Positions 7,669-17,023 are shown, counted from the stretch's first letter. The stretch is DNA of 32,000 nt from Cereibacter sphaeroides 2.4.1 (GCF_000012905.2 NC_007493.2:900001-932000), one strand, 5' to 3'. The notes: generated by a model from the sequence alone, not told the origin. Numbers and translations: made by a program.

Positions 7669-8526
7669 ATGCAGGCATTCGGGGCGCTGGTTCTCGTCAC
7701 CGGTCTCATGGCGGGAACCGCTTTCGCGGATGCGCCCCAGACGTCGCCGCGCCCGGCGCCGCGCACCGTGGCCGTGATGGCCGATGCGCCGGACAGCGCC
7801 GCGCCTGCCGAGGCGCTGCGTCCCCGAGCCCGGCCGGCGGTGAAACTGGCCGCGGTCGCCGCGGCCGAGCCCGCCATGAGCTTCCTCGCTCCTGCGAGGC
7901 CCGAGCCTGCCCGCAAGGGCTTTCTGGGCTCGCTGTTCCGCCCGAAGGCCCGTCCGCCCGAGACCGTCGTGAAGGCCGCCGCCGTGCGCACCCTGCCGGG
8001 CAGCGCCATGGTCCAGACCCGCAGGGGGTCGGTCTGCGGCGATCCCACGATCCGCGGCGCCACGCTCGCGCCGATTGCGGGCAAGCTGCGCGGCTGCGGC
8101 ATCGCCGAGCCGGTGCAGGTCACCTCCATCGACGGGGTGGCGCTCAGCATGGCCGCCACGATGGATTGCGGCACCGCCCGCGCGCTCAAGAGCTGGATCA
8201 ATCGCGGCCTGCGGCCGAACGTGCCCTCCGAGGTCGTGAAGCTCCAGATTGCGGGCGCCTATACCTGCCGCAGCCGCAACAACCAGCGCGGCGCGCCGGT
8301 GAGCGAGCACGGCCGCGGCAAGGCGGTCGACGTCTCGGGCTTCACGCTGGCCAACGGCAAGTCCGTTTCCATCGCGCGGGACTATCATCGCGAGAAGATG
8401 ATCCGGGCCTCGCACAAGGCCGCCTGCGGCATCTTCGGCACCACCCTCGGGCCCGGCTCGGACGGGTTCCACGAAGACCATCTGCATTTCGACACGGTGG
8501 CGCGCCGCACGCCCTACTGCCGCTGA
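7669..8526 (+). CDS. Secreted extensin-like C-terminal domain protein with a LAS-type zinc peptidase signature
   Basis: Signal peptide is MQAFGALVLVTGLMAGTAFA, followed by an Ala/Pro-rich linker. The C-terminal domain carries SEHGRGKAVD (H-x6-D) and HEDHLHFD (H-x-H). Confidence 0.85.
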   Translation: MQAFGALVLVTGLMAGTAFADAPQTSPRPAPRTVAVMADAPDSAAPAEALRPRARPAVKLAAVAAAEPAMSFLAPARPEPARKGFLGSLFRPKARPPETVVKAAAVRTLPGSAMVQTRRGSVCGDPTIRGATLAPIAGKLRGCGIAEPVQVTSIDGVALSMAATMDCGTARALKSWINRGLRPNVPSEVVKLQIAGAYTCRSRNNQRGAPVSEHGRGKAVDVSGFTLANGKSVSIARDYHREKMIRASHKAACGIFGTTLGPGSDGFHEDHLHFDTVARRTPYCR

Positions 8527-8528
8527 GC

Positions 8529-9524
8529 TCAGCCGGCGGGGCCGAGGCGCGGGGCAGGGCCGAGGGGCAGGGGGCCGAGGCTCATCCAGCCCTTGCTGAA
8601 GTTCAGCGGCACCTGAAGCTTCTCGCCGCCCGAGCGGGCAGCGAAGATGCCGAGCCCGCGCTCCCACGCCGGCACCGACTCGGCGTCCAGATAGCCGAGC
8701 TCGGCCGCCGCGCGGATCGCCTGTCGCCAGTTGCCGAGTGCCAGATCGATGCGCCCCTCGGGCATCCCCGCGGCGTCGAAGGTGAGCTCGCCCGAGCCCG
8801 TCAGTTGCAGCGATCCCCAGTCGAGCTGGGATTCACGCAGCGTGAGTGACCGCAACTGCGGCCGCGACGTGCCCAGCTCGCGGTCGATCGGCGCGGAGAA
8901 GCCGGCCTCGGCGAGAAGGCGCAGCTGGGACAGGCGCGGCGGCAGGCCCGCGCGTTCGGCCGCCGCGGCGAAGGCGCCCTCGGGGGCCACCCCCGCCAAG
9001 TCGAGACCGATCTCGTGCCGCGTGGCATCGTCACCCATCCGGCGCGTCGCAAGCTGTGCCTCGTCGAGCCGCACGCTCCAGCCCGCGGACGAGCGCAGGA
9101 CCAGCGCCTGACCGGCAGAGGCGGTGCGGTCGAGCGGCAGAGTCGCGCTCGGCGAGACGATGAGGCTCGCCCGGAGCGCCGAGGCATTCAGCGTGACGGT
9201 CTGGCCGTCGAGGTCGATCTCCTGCTCGGGCGGCAGCGCCGCGATCAGGTGCCAGGGCTTCCAGCTCATTGCGAAGAGCTGGACGAAGGGCGCGCGCCAG
9301 CCGAGGCCCGTTGCAGGATCGGCCAGCCGGAGGTTCTCGACCGTCAGGTCGAACCGGTTCGGAAAGCCGCGCACCGACAGACCCTCATGCTCGGCCAGCC
9401 GCCCCGCCGCGCGCTGCTGGGCGAAGAAGGCCTCTGCCGCCTGACGCACGAGGGCGGAGCCTGCCACCCACCATCCTGCCCAGAGAAGGGCCAGCACCAG
9501 AACCAGACCGAGCAACTTGCGCAT
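8529..9524 (-). CDS. DUF2125-like membrane-anchored protein
   Basis: The ATG at 9524 gives MRKLLGLVLVLALLWAGWWVAG (N-terminal anchor). The rest resembles the DUF2125 family as I remember it. The longer ORF to 10322 overlaps chaC antisense. Confidence 0.75.
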   Translation of the reverse strand: MRKLLGLVLVLALLWAGWWVAGSALVRQAAEAFFAQQRAAGRLAEHEGLSVRGFPNRFDLTVENLRLADPATGLGWRAPFVQLFAMSWKPWHLIAALPPEQEIDLDGQTVTLNASALRASLIVSPSATLPLDRTASAGQALVLRSSAGWSVRLDEAQLATRRMGDDATRHEIGLDLAGVAPEGAFAAAAERAGLPPRLSQLRLLAEAGFSAPIDRELGTSRPQLRSLTLRESQLDWGSLQLTGSGELTFDAAGMPEGRIDLALGNWRQAIRAAAELGYLDAESVPAWERGLGIFAARSGGEKLQVPLNFSKGWMSLGPLPLGPAPRLGPAG

Positions 9525-9584
9525 TCCGCACCCTTTCCCATCCCCGCGCCCCGATGCTACAGGGCAGGGATCAGGAGGACCAGC

Positions 9585-10133
9585 ATGGAGCCGCCGCTCT
9601 GGGTTTTCGGCTACGGATCGCTGATCTGGGACCCGGGGTTTCCCGTGGCCCGCAGCGTCATCGCGCGCCTTGACGGCTGGCACCGCAGCTTCTGCATGCA
9701 TTCGATCCATTATCGCGGCACCGCGACCGATCCGGGCCTCGTGCTGGCGCTGGATGCAGCCCCCGGGGGGGCGTGCCTCGGTGTGGGCTTTCAGGTCACG
9801 CCCGGCGCCGAGGCCGAGACGCTCGCGGCGCTCCGCAAGCGTGAACTCATCAGCAACGCCTATCTGGAGCGCTGGCTTCCGGTGACGCTTGCCACCGGAG
9901 AGACCGTCGAGGCCGTGAGCTACGTCATCGACCCCGACCACGGCCAATATTGCGGCGGCCTCGATCTCGAGGCGCAGGCGCAGATCATTGCGCGCGCCGC
10001 GGGCGAGCGGGGGCCGAACCGCGATTATCTGCTGCACACGGTGGCCCACCTCCAGAGCCTCGGCATCAGCGACCCCGACCTGTGCTGGCTTGCAACACGG
10101 GTGCGTGCATTGGGCAACGATCCGGTTTCCTGA
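9585..10133 (+). CDS. chaC: ChaC-family gamma-glutamylcyclotransferase
   Basis: AGGAGGA RBS. The N-terminus LWVFGYGSLIWDPGF is the ChaC/GGCT YGSL motif. About 182 aa. Confidence 0.85.
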   Translation: MEPPLWVFGYGSLIWDPGFPVARSVIARLDGWHRSFCMHSIHYRGTATDPGLVLALDAAPGGACLGVGFQVTPGAEAETLAALRKRELISNAYLERWLPVTLATGETVEAVSYVIDPDHGQYCGGLDLEAQAQIIARAAGERGPNRDYLLHTVAHLQSLGISDPDLCWLATRVRALGNDPVS

Positions 10134-10206
10134 CCTCATTCCCCGTTGGCAGCCGAAGGGCCCCGGCCTATGGTGCGCTGGCAAAAGAAAGGGGCCGAAA
10201 CCCGCA

Positions 10207-11382
10207 ATGCCGAGAACCGCCGTCGAGGCCGAGCCGCATTTCACCCAGCCGGTCCGGCAGATCGTGATGATGCTCGTCGTCGTCGCGCTGGTCGGGGGCG
10301 GCGCCATCGTGGCCTTCGCCACGCTGCAGAAGATCTACGAATCCAACCCCTACCTGAACGCGCTGATCGGCTTCGTCTTCCTGCTGGGCGTGACCACCTG
10401 CTTCCTGCAGATGGTGCAGCTCATGCAGTCGGTCAGCTGGATCGAGAATTTCGTGAAGGACCGCCCGGGCTTCGACTATGTCCTTGCCCCGCGGCTTCTG
10501 GCGCCGCTCGCTGCGCTGCTGCGTACCCGCGGCAAGCGGATGCAGATCTCCTCGACCTCCTCGCGCTCGATCCTCGATTCCGTGGGCACCCGCCTCGACG
10601 AGGCGCGCGACATCACCCATTATCTCGCGAGCCTGCTGATCTTCCTTGGGCTTCTGGGCACCTTCTACGGCCTGGCCACCACCGTGCCCGGTCTCGTCCA
10701 GACCATCCGCGCCCTCGCGCCGCAGGAGGGACAGAGCGGGCTCGAACTGTTCGGGCAGCTGATGGAAGGGTTCGAGGGCCAGCTCGGCGGCATGGGCACG
10801 GCCTTTTCCTCCTCGCTGCTGGGGCTGGCGGGCTCGCTCGTCGTGGGCCTCCTGGAGCTGTTCGCGAGCCACGGGCAGAACCGGTTCTACCGCCAGCTCG
10901 AGGAATGGCTGTCCTCCTTCACGCGCCTCACGCCCGCGGGCGCCGAGGGCGAGGGGGGCGACATCTCGCTCGTCGCAGGCGTGCTCGAGCAGATGGTGCA
11001 GCAGATGGATCGTCTGCAGGAGCTGCAGGCTCAGGCCGACCTCAGCCGCAGCATGGTCGATGCGCGGATGGCGGACCTCGCGGGCGCGGTGCAGACGCTG
11101 GCCGAGCGGATCGAGGCGCAGTCGGGCGGCAACGCCCAGCTCTTCGAGCGCGTCGCGGCGGGGCAGGAGCGGCTGGTGATGGCGCTGACCGGCGCCGAAG
11201 CCTCGGCCTTCGCCGATGCCGAGGCGCGGATGCGCCTGCGCTCGATCGACGTGCAGCTTCTGCGCATCCTCGAGGAGATCGCGGCCGGGCGGCAGGAAAG
11301 CACTTCCGACCTGCGCAGCGACCTCGCGGCCCTCACCGGAGCGGTCAGGCAGCTGTCGCGCACCGCCGCGGCGCGGAGCTAG
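10207..11382 (+). CDS. MotA/TolQ/ExbB-family proton-channel protein with a ~130-aa helical C-terminal tail
   Basis: Four hydrophobic segments, including IFLGLLGTFYGLATTV and MGTAFSSSLLGLAGSLVVGLLELF (ExbB/TolQ-like). The tail is rich in A/E/R/L/Q. The start is uncertain: 10207 has only a distant AAAGGGG, and 10263-10269 are alternatives. Confidence 0.8.
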   Translation: MPRTAVEAEPHFTQPVRQIVMMLVVVALVGGGAIVAFATLQKIYESNPYLNALIGFVFLLGVTTCFLQMVQLMQSVSWIENFVKDRPGFDYVLAPRLLAPLAALLRTRGKRMQISSTSSRSILDSVGTRLDEARDITHYLASLLIFLGLLGTFYGLATTVPGLVQTIRALAPQEGQSGLELFGQLMEGFEGQLGGMGTAFSSSLLGLAGSLVVGLLELFASHGQNRFYRQLEEWLSSFTRLTPAGAEGEGGDISLVAGVLEQMVQQMDRLQELQAQADLSRSMVDARMADLAGAVQTLAERIEAQSGGNAQLFERVAAGQERLVMALTGAEASAFADAEARMRLRSIDVQLLRILEEIAAGRQESTSDLRSDLAALTGAVRQLSRTAAARS

Positions 11383-11385
11383 CCC

Positions 11386-12963
11386 ATGGGACTGGTGCGG
11401 CGCGGCGGACGGCGCGAGGTCAACATCTGGCCGGGCTTCGTCGATGCGATGACCGCGCTGCTCCTTGTCCTCATGTTCGTGCTGACGATCTTTCTCGCGA
11501 TCCAGTCTCTCCTGCGCGAGACCATCACGACCCAGGACAGCGAACTCGACAGCCTCACCGGTCAGCTGGCCGATCTGGCCGATGCGCTGGGGCTCGAGCG
11601 ACAGAAGAGTTCGGACCTGACCGCTGCGGTCGATGCCGCCCGCGCCGAGGGCGAGCGGCAGGCCGCGACCATCGCCACCCTGACCGCCACCCTCTCGGCC
11701 CGCGAGGGCGAGCTGGCCGCCGCGCAGGGCCGCATCGCCTCGTTCGAGGAACAGGTGGCGACCCTTCTGGCGGACCGTGACCGCGCCCGGGGCGAGACCG
11801 CCCGGCTCACCGCCTCGGTCGAGGAACTGGAAGCGGCCCGCAAGACGCTCCTCTCCGAGCAGGAGGCGGCACAACTCGCGCTGGCGAAGGCGCGCTCCGA
11901 GATCGACGCGCAGACCGAGGCCGCCCGCCTCGCCGCCGCCCGCCGCGAGGCGCTCGATGCGCTGGTGGCCGAGCTGCGCGGCAAGGTCAGCGAGACCGAG
12001 AAGAAGCTCTCGGACGAGGAGGCCGCCCGGCTGGCCGACGCAGCGGCAGCCGAGGCCCTGCGTGACCGGCTCAAGAATTCCGAGACCGAACTGACGGCCA
12101 TGACGCTCGCGCTCGAGGAGCAACGACGGAAGGCCGAAGAGACCCTCACCCTGCTCGCCGCGGCCAAGACCGATGCGGCGCGGGCGGTGAGCGAGGCCGA
12201 TCAGCGCGCCGCGGCGCTGGCCGCCGCACGCGAGGCACTGAATGCGCGCGAAGGCGAGGGGGCCGAGGCCGCCCGTCGCGTGGCGCTCCTGAACGAGCAG
12301 GTCGCGGCGCTGCGGGCGCAGCTCGGCTCGCTGCAGGGCCTCCTCGAGGCCGCCGAAGCGCAGGACGCGGCCAACAAGGTGCAGCTCCAGAGCCTCGGGA
12401 CCCAGCTCAACTCCGCTCTGGCGCAGGTCGCCTCCGAGCAGAAGCGCCGCGCCGAACTGGAAGAGGCCGAGCGGCTGCGCCTCGAGGCCGAAAACAAGGA
12501 TCTGGCGCGCTTCCGCTCCGAATTCTTCGGCCAGCTGCGCCAGGTCCTCGCGGGTCGCGAGGGCGTCCGCGTGGTGGGCGACCGTTTCGTCTTCTCCTCC
12601 GAAGTCCTGTTCGAGCCCGGCTCGGCCGAGCTCGCGCCCGAGGGCCGCGCGCAGATCTCGGGGGTGGTGCAGACGCTGAACGAGATCCGCACGCAGATCC
12701 CCGAGGGCATCGACTGGATCATCCGCGTGGACGGGCACACGGACAACGTGCCCCTGTCCGGCTTCGGCGCCTTCCGCGACAACTGGGAGCTGAGCTCCGC
12801 CCGCGCGCTCTCGGTCGTGCGGTTCATGCAGCAGAGCCTGGGCTTCCCGCCCTCCCGCCTCGCCGCCACGGGCTTCGGCGAATACCGCCCCGTCACGCCG
12901 GGCGACAGTCCCGATGCGCGGGCGCAGAACCGCCGGATCGAACTGAAGCTGACCGAGCGCTAG
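11386..12963 (+). CDS. MotB-like protein: N-terminal TM with channel Asp, ~340-aa coiled coil, C-terminal OmpA/MotB peptidoglycan-binding domain
   Basis: GGAG lies 7 nt upstream, and the start is 4 nt after the upstream stop. WPGFVDAMTALLLVLMFVL (Asp20) resembles the MotB YADFMTAMM motif. The coiled coil spans about nt 11520-12550. The OmpA_C-like domain is ...VLFEPGSAEL...VDGHTDNVPL...NWELSSARALSV...NRRIELKL. Confidence 0.85.
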   Translation: MGLVRRGGRREVNIWPGFVDAMTALLLVLMFVLTIFLAIQSLLRETITTQDSELDSLTGQLADLADALGLERQKSSDLTAAVDAARAEGERQAATIATLTATLSAREGELAAAQGRIASFEEQVATLLADRDRARGETARLTASVEELEAARKTLLSEQEAAQLALAKARSEIDAQTEAARLAAARREALDALVAELRGKVSETEKKLSDEEAARLADAAAAEALRDRLKNSETELTAMTLALEEQRRKAEETLTLLAAAKTDAARAVSEADQRAAALAAAREALNAREGEGAEAARRVALLNEQVAALRAQLGSLQGLLEAAEAQDAANKVQLQSLGTQLNSALAQVASEQKRRAELEEAERLRLEAENKDLARFRSEFFGQLRQVLAGREGVRVVGDRFVFSSEVLFEPGSAELAPEGRAQISGVVQTLNEIRTQIPEGIDWIIRVDGHTDNVPLSGFGAFRDNWELSSARALSVVRFMQQSLGFPPSRLAATGFGEYRPVTPGDSPDARAQNRRIELKLTER

Positions 12964-13211
12964 ATCCCCCATGCGACGACGCGTGGCCACGCGCTGCGCC
13001 GAGCGACAGGGTCAGTTGCCGGGCGGGGACAATCCAATTCACCCGGCGAGGGCGAACAGGGCGAAACCTCCGGGCGAGGACAAGAGGCGCCTCGGCCCGA
13101 AGCGGCGCGCCGCGAGTCTCGTCCCCGGCCTGCCACGACAGCGGACAGGCGGGGTGTCGACCTCCTGACCTCCTGACGTCCTGCGAACGGATCGGCTCGA
13201 ACTCGCGCGTC

Positions 13212-13822
13212 GTAAGCGCCCCGCGGATCGCCTCCTGCCCGCGTACTCCCGAACCTGCGAATGATCCGGTGGTTCGACGGGAGCGGGCGTCGAAATGGAC
13301 GGCTATACGGACGTCCCGCCGGATGGGTTCGCGGGGCGGCTCGAGGTTCGAGGGTCCGTCGGGTCGGCGGCGCTGGAGAAGGCCCGGATCGCCTCCGAAC
13401 GTTACCGCCCCCGCGTTCATGTCGCCGATGTTGCGCGGCGATGCGGGACGACGTGGCGGCAGATCCAAGAGTGGCGCCGACACCTGACCACGGACCTGCT
13501 GGGGCTTCCGGCGGAGGTGCGGGCGCACCCTGTCCTTGCGGCGGTCGTGGTCGAGCCGGAAATCGCGCGCTCGGCCCCGGCAGCCAATTCGGAGGGGGCC
13601 GTTGTTGAACTCGTCATGGAGGGCATGACGATCCGGGCGGGCCAGGACGTTGACCACGGTCCGGATGATCCGGGCGGCCCGCATGGCGGCGCGATGATCG
13701 CGCCGAACGGACAACCACGGGTGTTCGTGGCGACGCGGCCGATCGATTTCCGCGGGGCACGGACGGGCTGGCGCTCGCGGTGCAGAAGATCCTGAGGCTC
13801 GACCCGTTCTGCGGGGCGGCTT
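13212..13822 (+). mobile_element. Truncated IS66-family element: left end plus tnpA (orf1) and 5' part of tnpB (orf2), both frameshifted
   Basis: GTAAGCGCCCC at 13212 matches the canonical IS66 terminal sequence. The orf1-like HTH is VADVARRCGTTWRQIQEWRR. In a shifted frame it ends ...TVRMIRAARMAAR* with a canonical ATGA overlap (13694-13697) onto MIAPNGQPRVFVATRPIDFRG, then (frameshift) GTDGLALAVQKILRLDPFCGA. Similarity stops near 13821. Confidence 0.7.
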
Positions 13823-14620
13823 GCGAGTGCGACCGCCTTTTTCATCGATGTCCGCTTCGCGATCCTCAAACCTCAGGACGTCAAGGGCGACATGACCCGG
13901 GCCCGGCCGAGAAGGCTCGCAGCGGCCTCGAAGGGCATGACGCGCCCCGGCGGATCACCGGCCTTCGTAATCCGTCCGGAGATATCGGTCTTGCCCGATT
14001 GCCACCTTCGCGGAATCAGTCCCGTCCCGGCGCCGAGATCCCTGCTGAGTGGGAAGCGGTCCGGGTCGTTGACGGCCCTTCGGAAGGTCGGCGCCACGAT
14101 CACCCTCACCCCCACGCCCGGGGTCGCCATCGGTAGCCGTGTCACGGGGTTGGACTTCGCGAGTGCCACCAACTGGCTGTCGAGGCAGGCAAGGTCGCCG
14201 AAGAGCAGGCATCGCGCCCGCAACATGGCGTCCACGATGCCCTCGAGGACCGCGCTTCCGTCGGCAAGTTTGCGCGCCCGGGTCTCCCGCGTCTTCGCGT
14301 CACCGATCCCATCTTCAGCCCGAAGGTCCTCGGCGCGGTGCGCGTTCTCGGTAGCTCACAGGGGTCGCGTCGCTCGTCGCCGAAACCCTGCGCGCGATCC
14401 TCAATGGTCACCCGGCAGGCCGGATCGAAGACCTGATGCCGTCGCAATGCCGGCAGACGTCAAGCCGGGCCGCATGGGGAAAGACGATACGATTACCACG
14501 TGTCGGTCATGACGCATGAAGGAGGCGGCTGATGTCGGGGGGGGGCGCCTGGGTTCGAACGGGAGCGATGCCGGCTGGTTCGCCGGTGGGTATGAACCCT
14601 AGGGCGCGGCAGTCGCGTCT
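13820..14620 (-). pseudogene. IS110-family transposase remnant (frameshifts, in-frame TGA, both ends missing)
   Basis: The Transposase_20-like core is PMATPGVGVRVIVAPTFRRAVNDPDRFPLSRDLGAGTGLIPRRWQSGKTDISGRITKAGD. The upstream part (TFGLKMGSVTRRR) is in another frame. An in-frame TGA at 13873-13875 sits where homologues have Trp (..TS*GLRIAKRTSMKKAVALA). The 5' boundary is approximate. Confidence 0.65.
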
Positions 14621-14650
14621 TGACCTCGGCGACCTCTGATATGTGAAAGG

Positions 14651-14675
14651 AAAAAAGGCGAGGTTTCCCCCGCCC
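14651..14675 (-). terminator. Rho-independent terminator of clpA
   Basis: On the minus strand: GGCGGGG, loop GAAA, CCTCGCC (one G-U pair), then TTTTTT. It lies 33 nt after the clpA stop. Confidence 0.7.
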
Positions 14676-14707
14676 TTGTCCCCTATCTTCGACTTGGAGA
14701 GCCCGTC

Positions 14708-17023
14708 TCAGTCGGCCGTCAGAAGCGGCGGCTTGGACCCGGTGAGGCGCGGCTTCGGTTCCTCGATCTGCAGGTCGATCGTATCGTCCTTCACGCCGAC
14801 CTTCACGACGCCGCCCTTCACCAGCCGGCCGAACAGGAGTTCCTCGGCCAGCGGCTTCTTGATGTTCTCCTGGATCACGCGGCCCAGCGGGCGCGCTCCC
14901 ATCTTGTCGTCGTAGCCCTTGTCGCCGAGCCAGGCCGCCGCTTCCGGCGAGAGCTCGATATGCACGCCACGGTCCATGAGCTGGGCCTCGAGCTGGAGGA
15001 CGAACTTCTCGACCACCTGCAGGATGATCTCCTTGCCGAGGGGCGCGAAGGAGATGACTGCATCGAGACGGTTGCGGAACTCGGGCGTGAAGGTCCGCTC
15101 GATGGCGGCCGTATCCTCGCCCTCGCGCCGGTCGCGTCCGAAGCCGATCGCGGACTTGGCCAGCTCGGCCGCGCCTGCGTTCGAGGTCATGATCAGGATC
15201 ACGTTGCGGAAATCGACCGACCGGCCGTTGTGGTCGGTGAGTTTCCCGTGGTCCATCACCTGCAGCAGGATGTTGTAGACATCCGGGTGGGCCTTCTCGA
15301 TCTCGTCGAGCAGCAGCACGCAATGCGGATGCTGGTCCACGCCATCGGTCAGCATCCCACCCTGATCGAAGCCGACGTAACCCGGAGGCGCGCCGATCAG
15401 TCGGGAGACGGCGTGCTTCTCCATATATTCCGACATGTCGAAGCGCAGCAGTTCCACGCCGAGGATGCTTGCCAGCTGCTTCGCCACCTCGGTCTTGCCG
15501 ACGCCGGTCGGGCCCGCGAAGAGATAGTTGCCGATCGGCTTCTCGGGCTCGCGCAGGCCGGCGCGCGCCAGCTTGATGGCCGAGGACAGGGCCTCGATGG
15601 CCCGGTCCTGACCGAACACCACCCGCTTGAGGGTCTTCTCGAGGTCGCGCAGCACTTCGGCATCGTCCTTCGAGACGCTCTTCGGGGGGATGCGGGCGAT
15701 CTTGGCCACCACCGCCTCGATCTCACGCGGACCGATAGTCTTGCGCCGCTTGCTGTCGGCCAGCAGGTGCTGGGCCGCGCCGGCCTCGTCGATCACGTCG
15801 ATCGCCTTGTCCGGCAGCTTGCGGTCATGGATGTAGCGCGCGGACAGTTCCACCGCGGTCCGGATCGCGTCCTGCGTGTAGCGCAGGTCGTGATGCTCCT
15901 CGAAATAGGGCTTGAGGCCCATCAGGATCTTGACCGTATCCTCGACCGAGGGCTCGTTCACGTCGATCTTCTGGAACCGGCGGCTGAGCGCGCGGTCCTT
16001 CTCGAAATGCTGACGATATTCCTTGTAGGTGGTCGAGCCCATGCAGCGCAGCTTGCCGCCCTGCAGCGCGGGCTTGAGCAGGTTCGAGGCATCCATCGCG
16101 CCGCCCGAGGTGGCGCCGGCGCCGATCACGGTGTGGATCTCGTCGATGAAGAGGATCGCGTCGGGGTGATCCTCCATCTCCTTGACCACGGCCTTCAGCC
16201 GCTCCTCGAAATCGCCGCGGTAGCGGGTGCCGGCGAGCAGCGCGCCCATGTCGAGCGAGAAGATCGTGGCGCGGGCGAGGATGTCGGGCGTCTCGCCGTT
16301 GACGATCTTGCGCGCGAGCCCTTCGGCGATGGCCGTCTTGCCCACGCCCGGGTCGCCCACCAGGAGCGGGTTGTTCTTCCGCCGGCGGCAGAGAACCTGA
16401 ATGCAGCGTTCGACCTCGTGCTCGCGGCCGATGAGCGGGTCGACGTCGCCCTTGCGGGCCTTGACGTTCAGGTCAACGCAATATTTCGACAACGCAGACT
16501 CCTTCGCCTCACCAGCTTCAGCCTTCGGGGTCTCATGATGCTCTTCCGCGCCGGTGACCGGGCGCGGCTCGCCATAGGACGGGTCCTTCGCCACGCCATG
16601 CGCGATGAAGTTGACCGCGTCGTAGCGGGTCATGTCCTGCTCCTGCAGGAAATAGGCGGCATTCGACTCCCGTTCGGCGAAGATGGCGACGAGCACGTTG
16701 GCGCCCGTGACCTCGGTCCGGCCGGAGGATTGCACATGGATGGCGGCGCGCTGGATCACGCGCTGGAAGGCGGCCGTCGGCACGGCCTCGGAGCCCTCGA
16801 CAGAGGTCACGAGGGTGGACAGATCATCGTCGATGAAGTCGACGAGCGTCTTGCGCAACTCGTCGAGGTCGACCGAGCAGGCCTTCATGACGCGCGAGGC
16901 GTCGGGCTCGTCGATCAGCGCAAGCAACAGGTGCTCGAGCGTGGCGAGTTCATGACGGCGGGCATTCGCAAGCGCCAGAGCGCCGTGGATGGCTTGCTCG
17001 AGAGTGGTCGAAAAAGATGGCAC
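14708..17023 (-). CDS. clpA: ATP-dependent Clp protease ATP-binding subunit ClpA
   Basis: The GTG start at 17023 ([16 protein letters not shown]...) has AGGAG 9 nt upstream. The Clp N-domain is followed by two AAA+ modules with Walker A motifs GDPGVGKT and GPTGVGKT. About 771 aa. Confidence 0.95.
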   Translation of the reverse strand: MPSFSTTLEQAIHGALALANARRHELATLEHLLLALIDEPDASRVMKACSVDLDELRKTLVDFIDDDLSTLVTSVEGSEAVPTAAFQRVIQRAAIHVQSSGRTEVTGANVLVAIFAERESNAAYFLQEQDMTRYDAVNFIAHGVAKDPSYGEPRPVTGAEEHHETPKAEAGEAKESALSKYCVDLNVKARKGDVDPLIGREHEVERCIQVLCRRRKNNPLLVGDPGVGKTAIAEGLARKIVNGETPDILARATIFSLDMGALLAGTRYRGDFEERLKAVVKEMEDHPDAILFIDEIHTVIGAGATSGGAMDASNLLKPALQGGKLRCMGSTTYKEYRQHFEKDRALSRRFQKIDVNEPSVEDTVKILMGLKPYFEEHHDLRYTQDAIRTAVELSARYIHDRKLPDKAIDVIDEAGAAQHLLADSKRRKTIGPREIEAVVAKIARIPPKSVSKDDAEVLRDLEKTLKRVVFGQDRAIEALSSAIKLARAGLREPEKPIGNYLFAGPTGVGKTEVAKQLASILGVELLRFDMSEYMEKHAVSRLIGAPPGYVGFDQGGMLTDGVDQHPHCVLLLDEIEKAHPDVYNILLQVMDHGKLTDHNGRSVDFRNVILIMTSNAGAAELAKSAIGFGRDRREGEDTAAIERTFTPEFRNRLDAVISFAPLGKEIILQVVEKFVLQLEAQLMDRGVHIELSPEAAAWLGDKGYDDKMGARPLGRVIQENIKKPLAEELLFGRLVKGGVVKVGVKDDTIDLQIEEPKPRLTGSKPPLLTAD

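Noticed and set aside
8524-8531. Palindromic convergent stop codons TGAGCTCA between the extensin-like and DUF2125 genes; a similar 10-nt convergent junction occurs at 3163-3178.
   Set aside because: Tight convergent gene ends are real but common in compact genomes. There is no additional structure to interpret.
10207-12963. Calling the MotA/MotB-like pair a Zorya (ZorAB) defence system.
   Set aside because: There are no ZorC/ZorD/ZorE-like genes nearby. Gene A is much shorter than ZorA, and most of the coiled coil is on the B subunit. Only the architectural analogy is retained, in the finding.
14537-14600. tRNA or tRNA fragment suggested by GGGTTCGAAC (14551-14560), a CCGGC/GCCGG hairpin (14571-14586) and a G9 run (14537-14545).
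   Set aside because: I could not build a T-arm with complementary stems, an acceptor stem or an anticodon arm on either strand. The region instead translates, with frameshifts, into N-terminal-domain-like IS110 transposase remnants.
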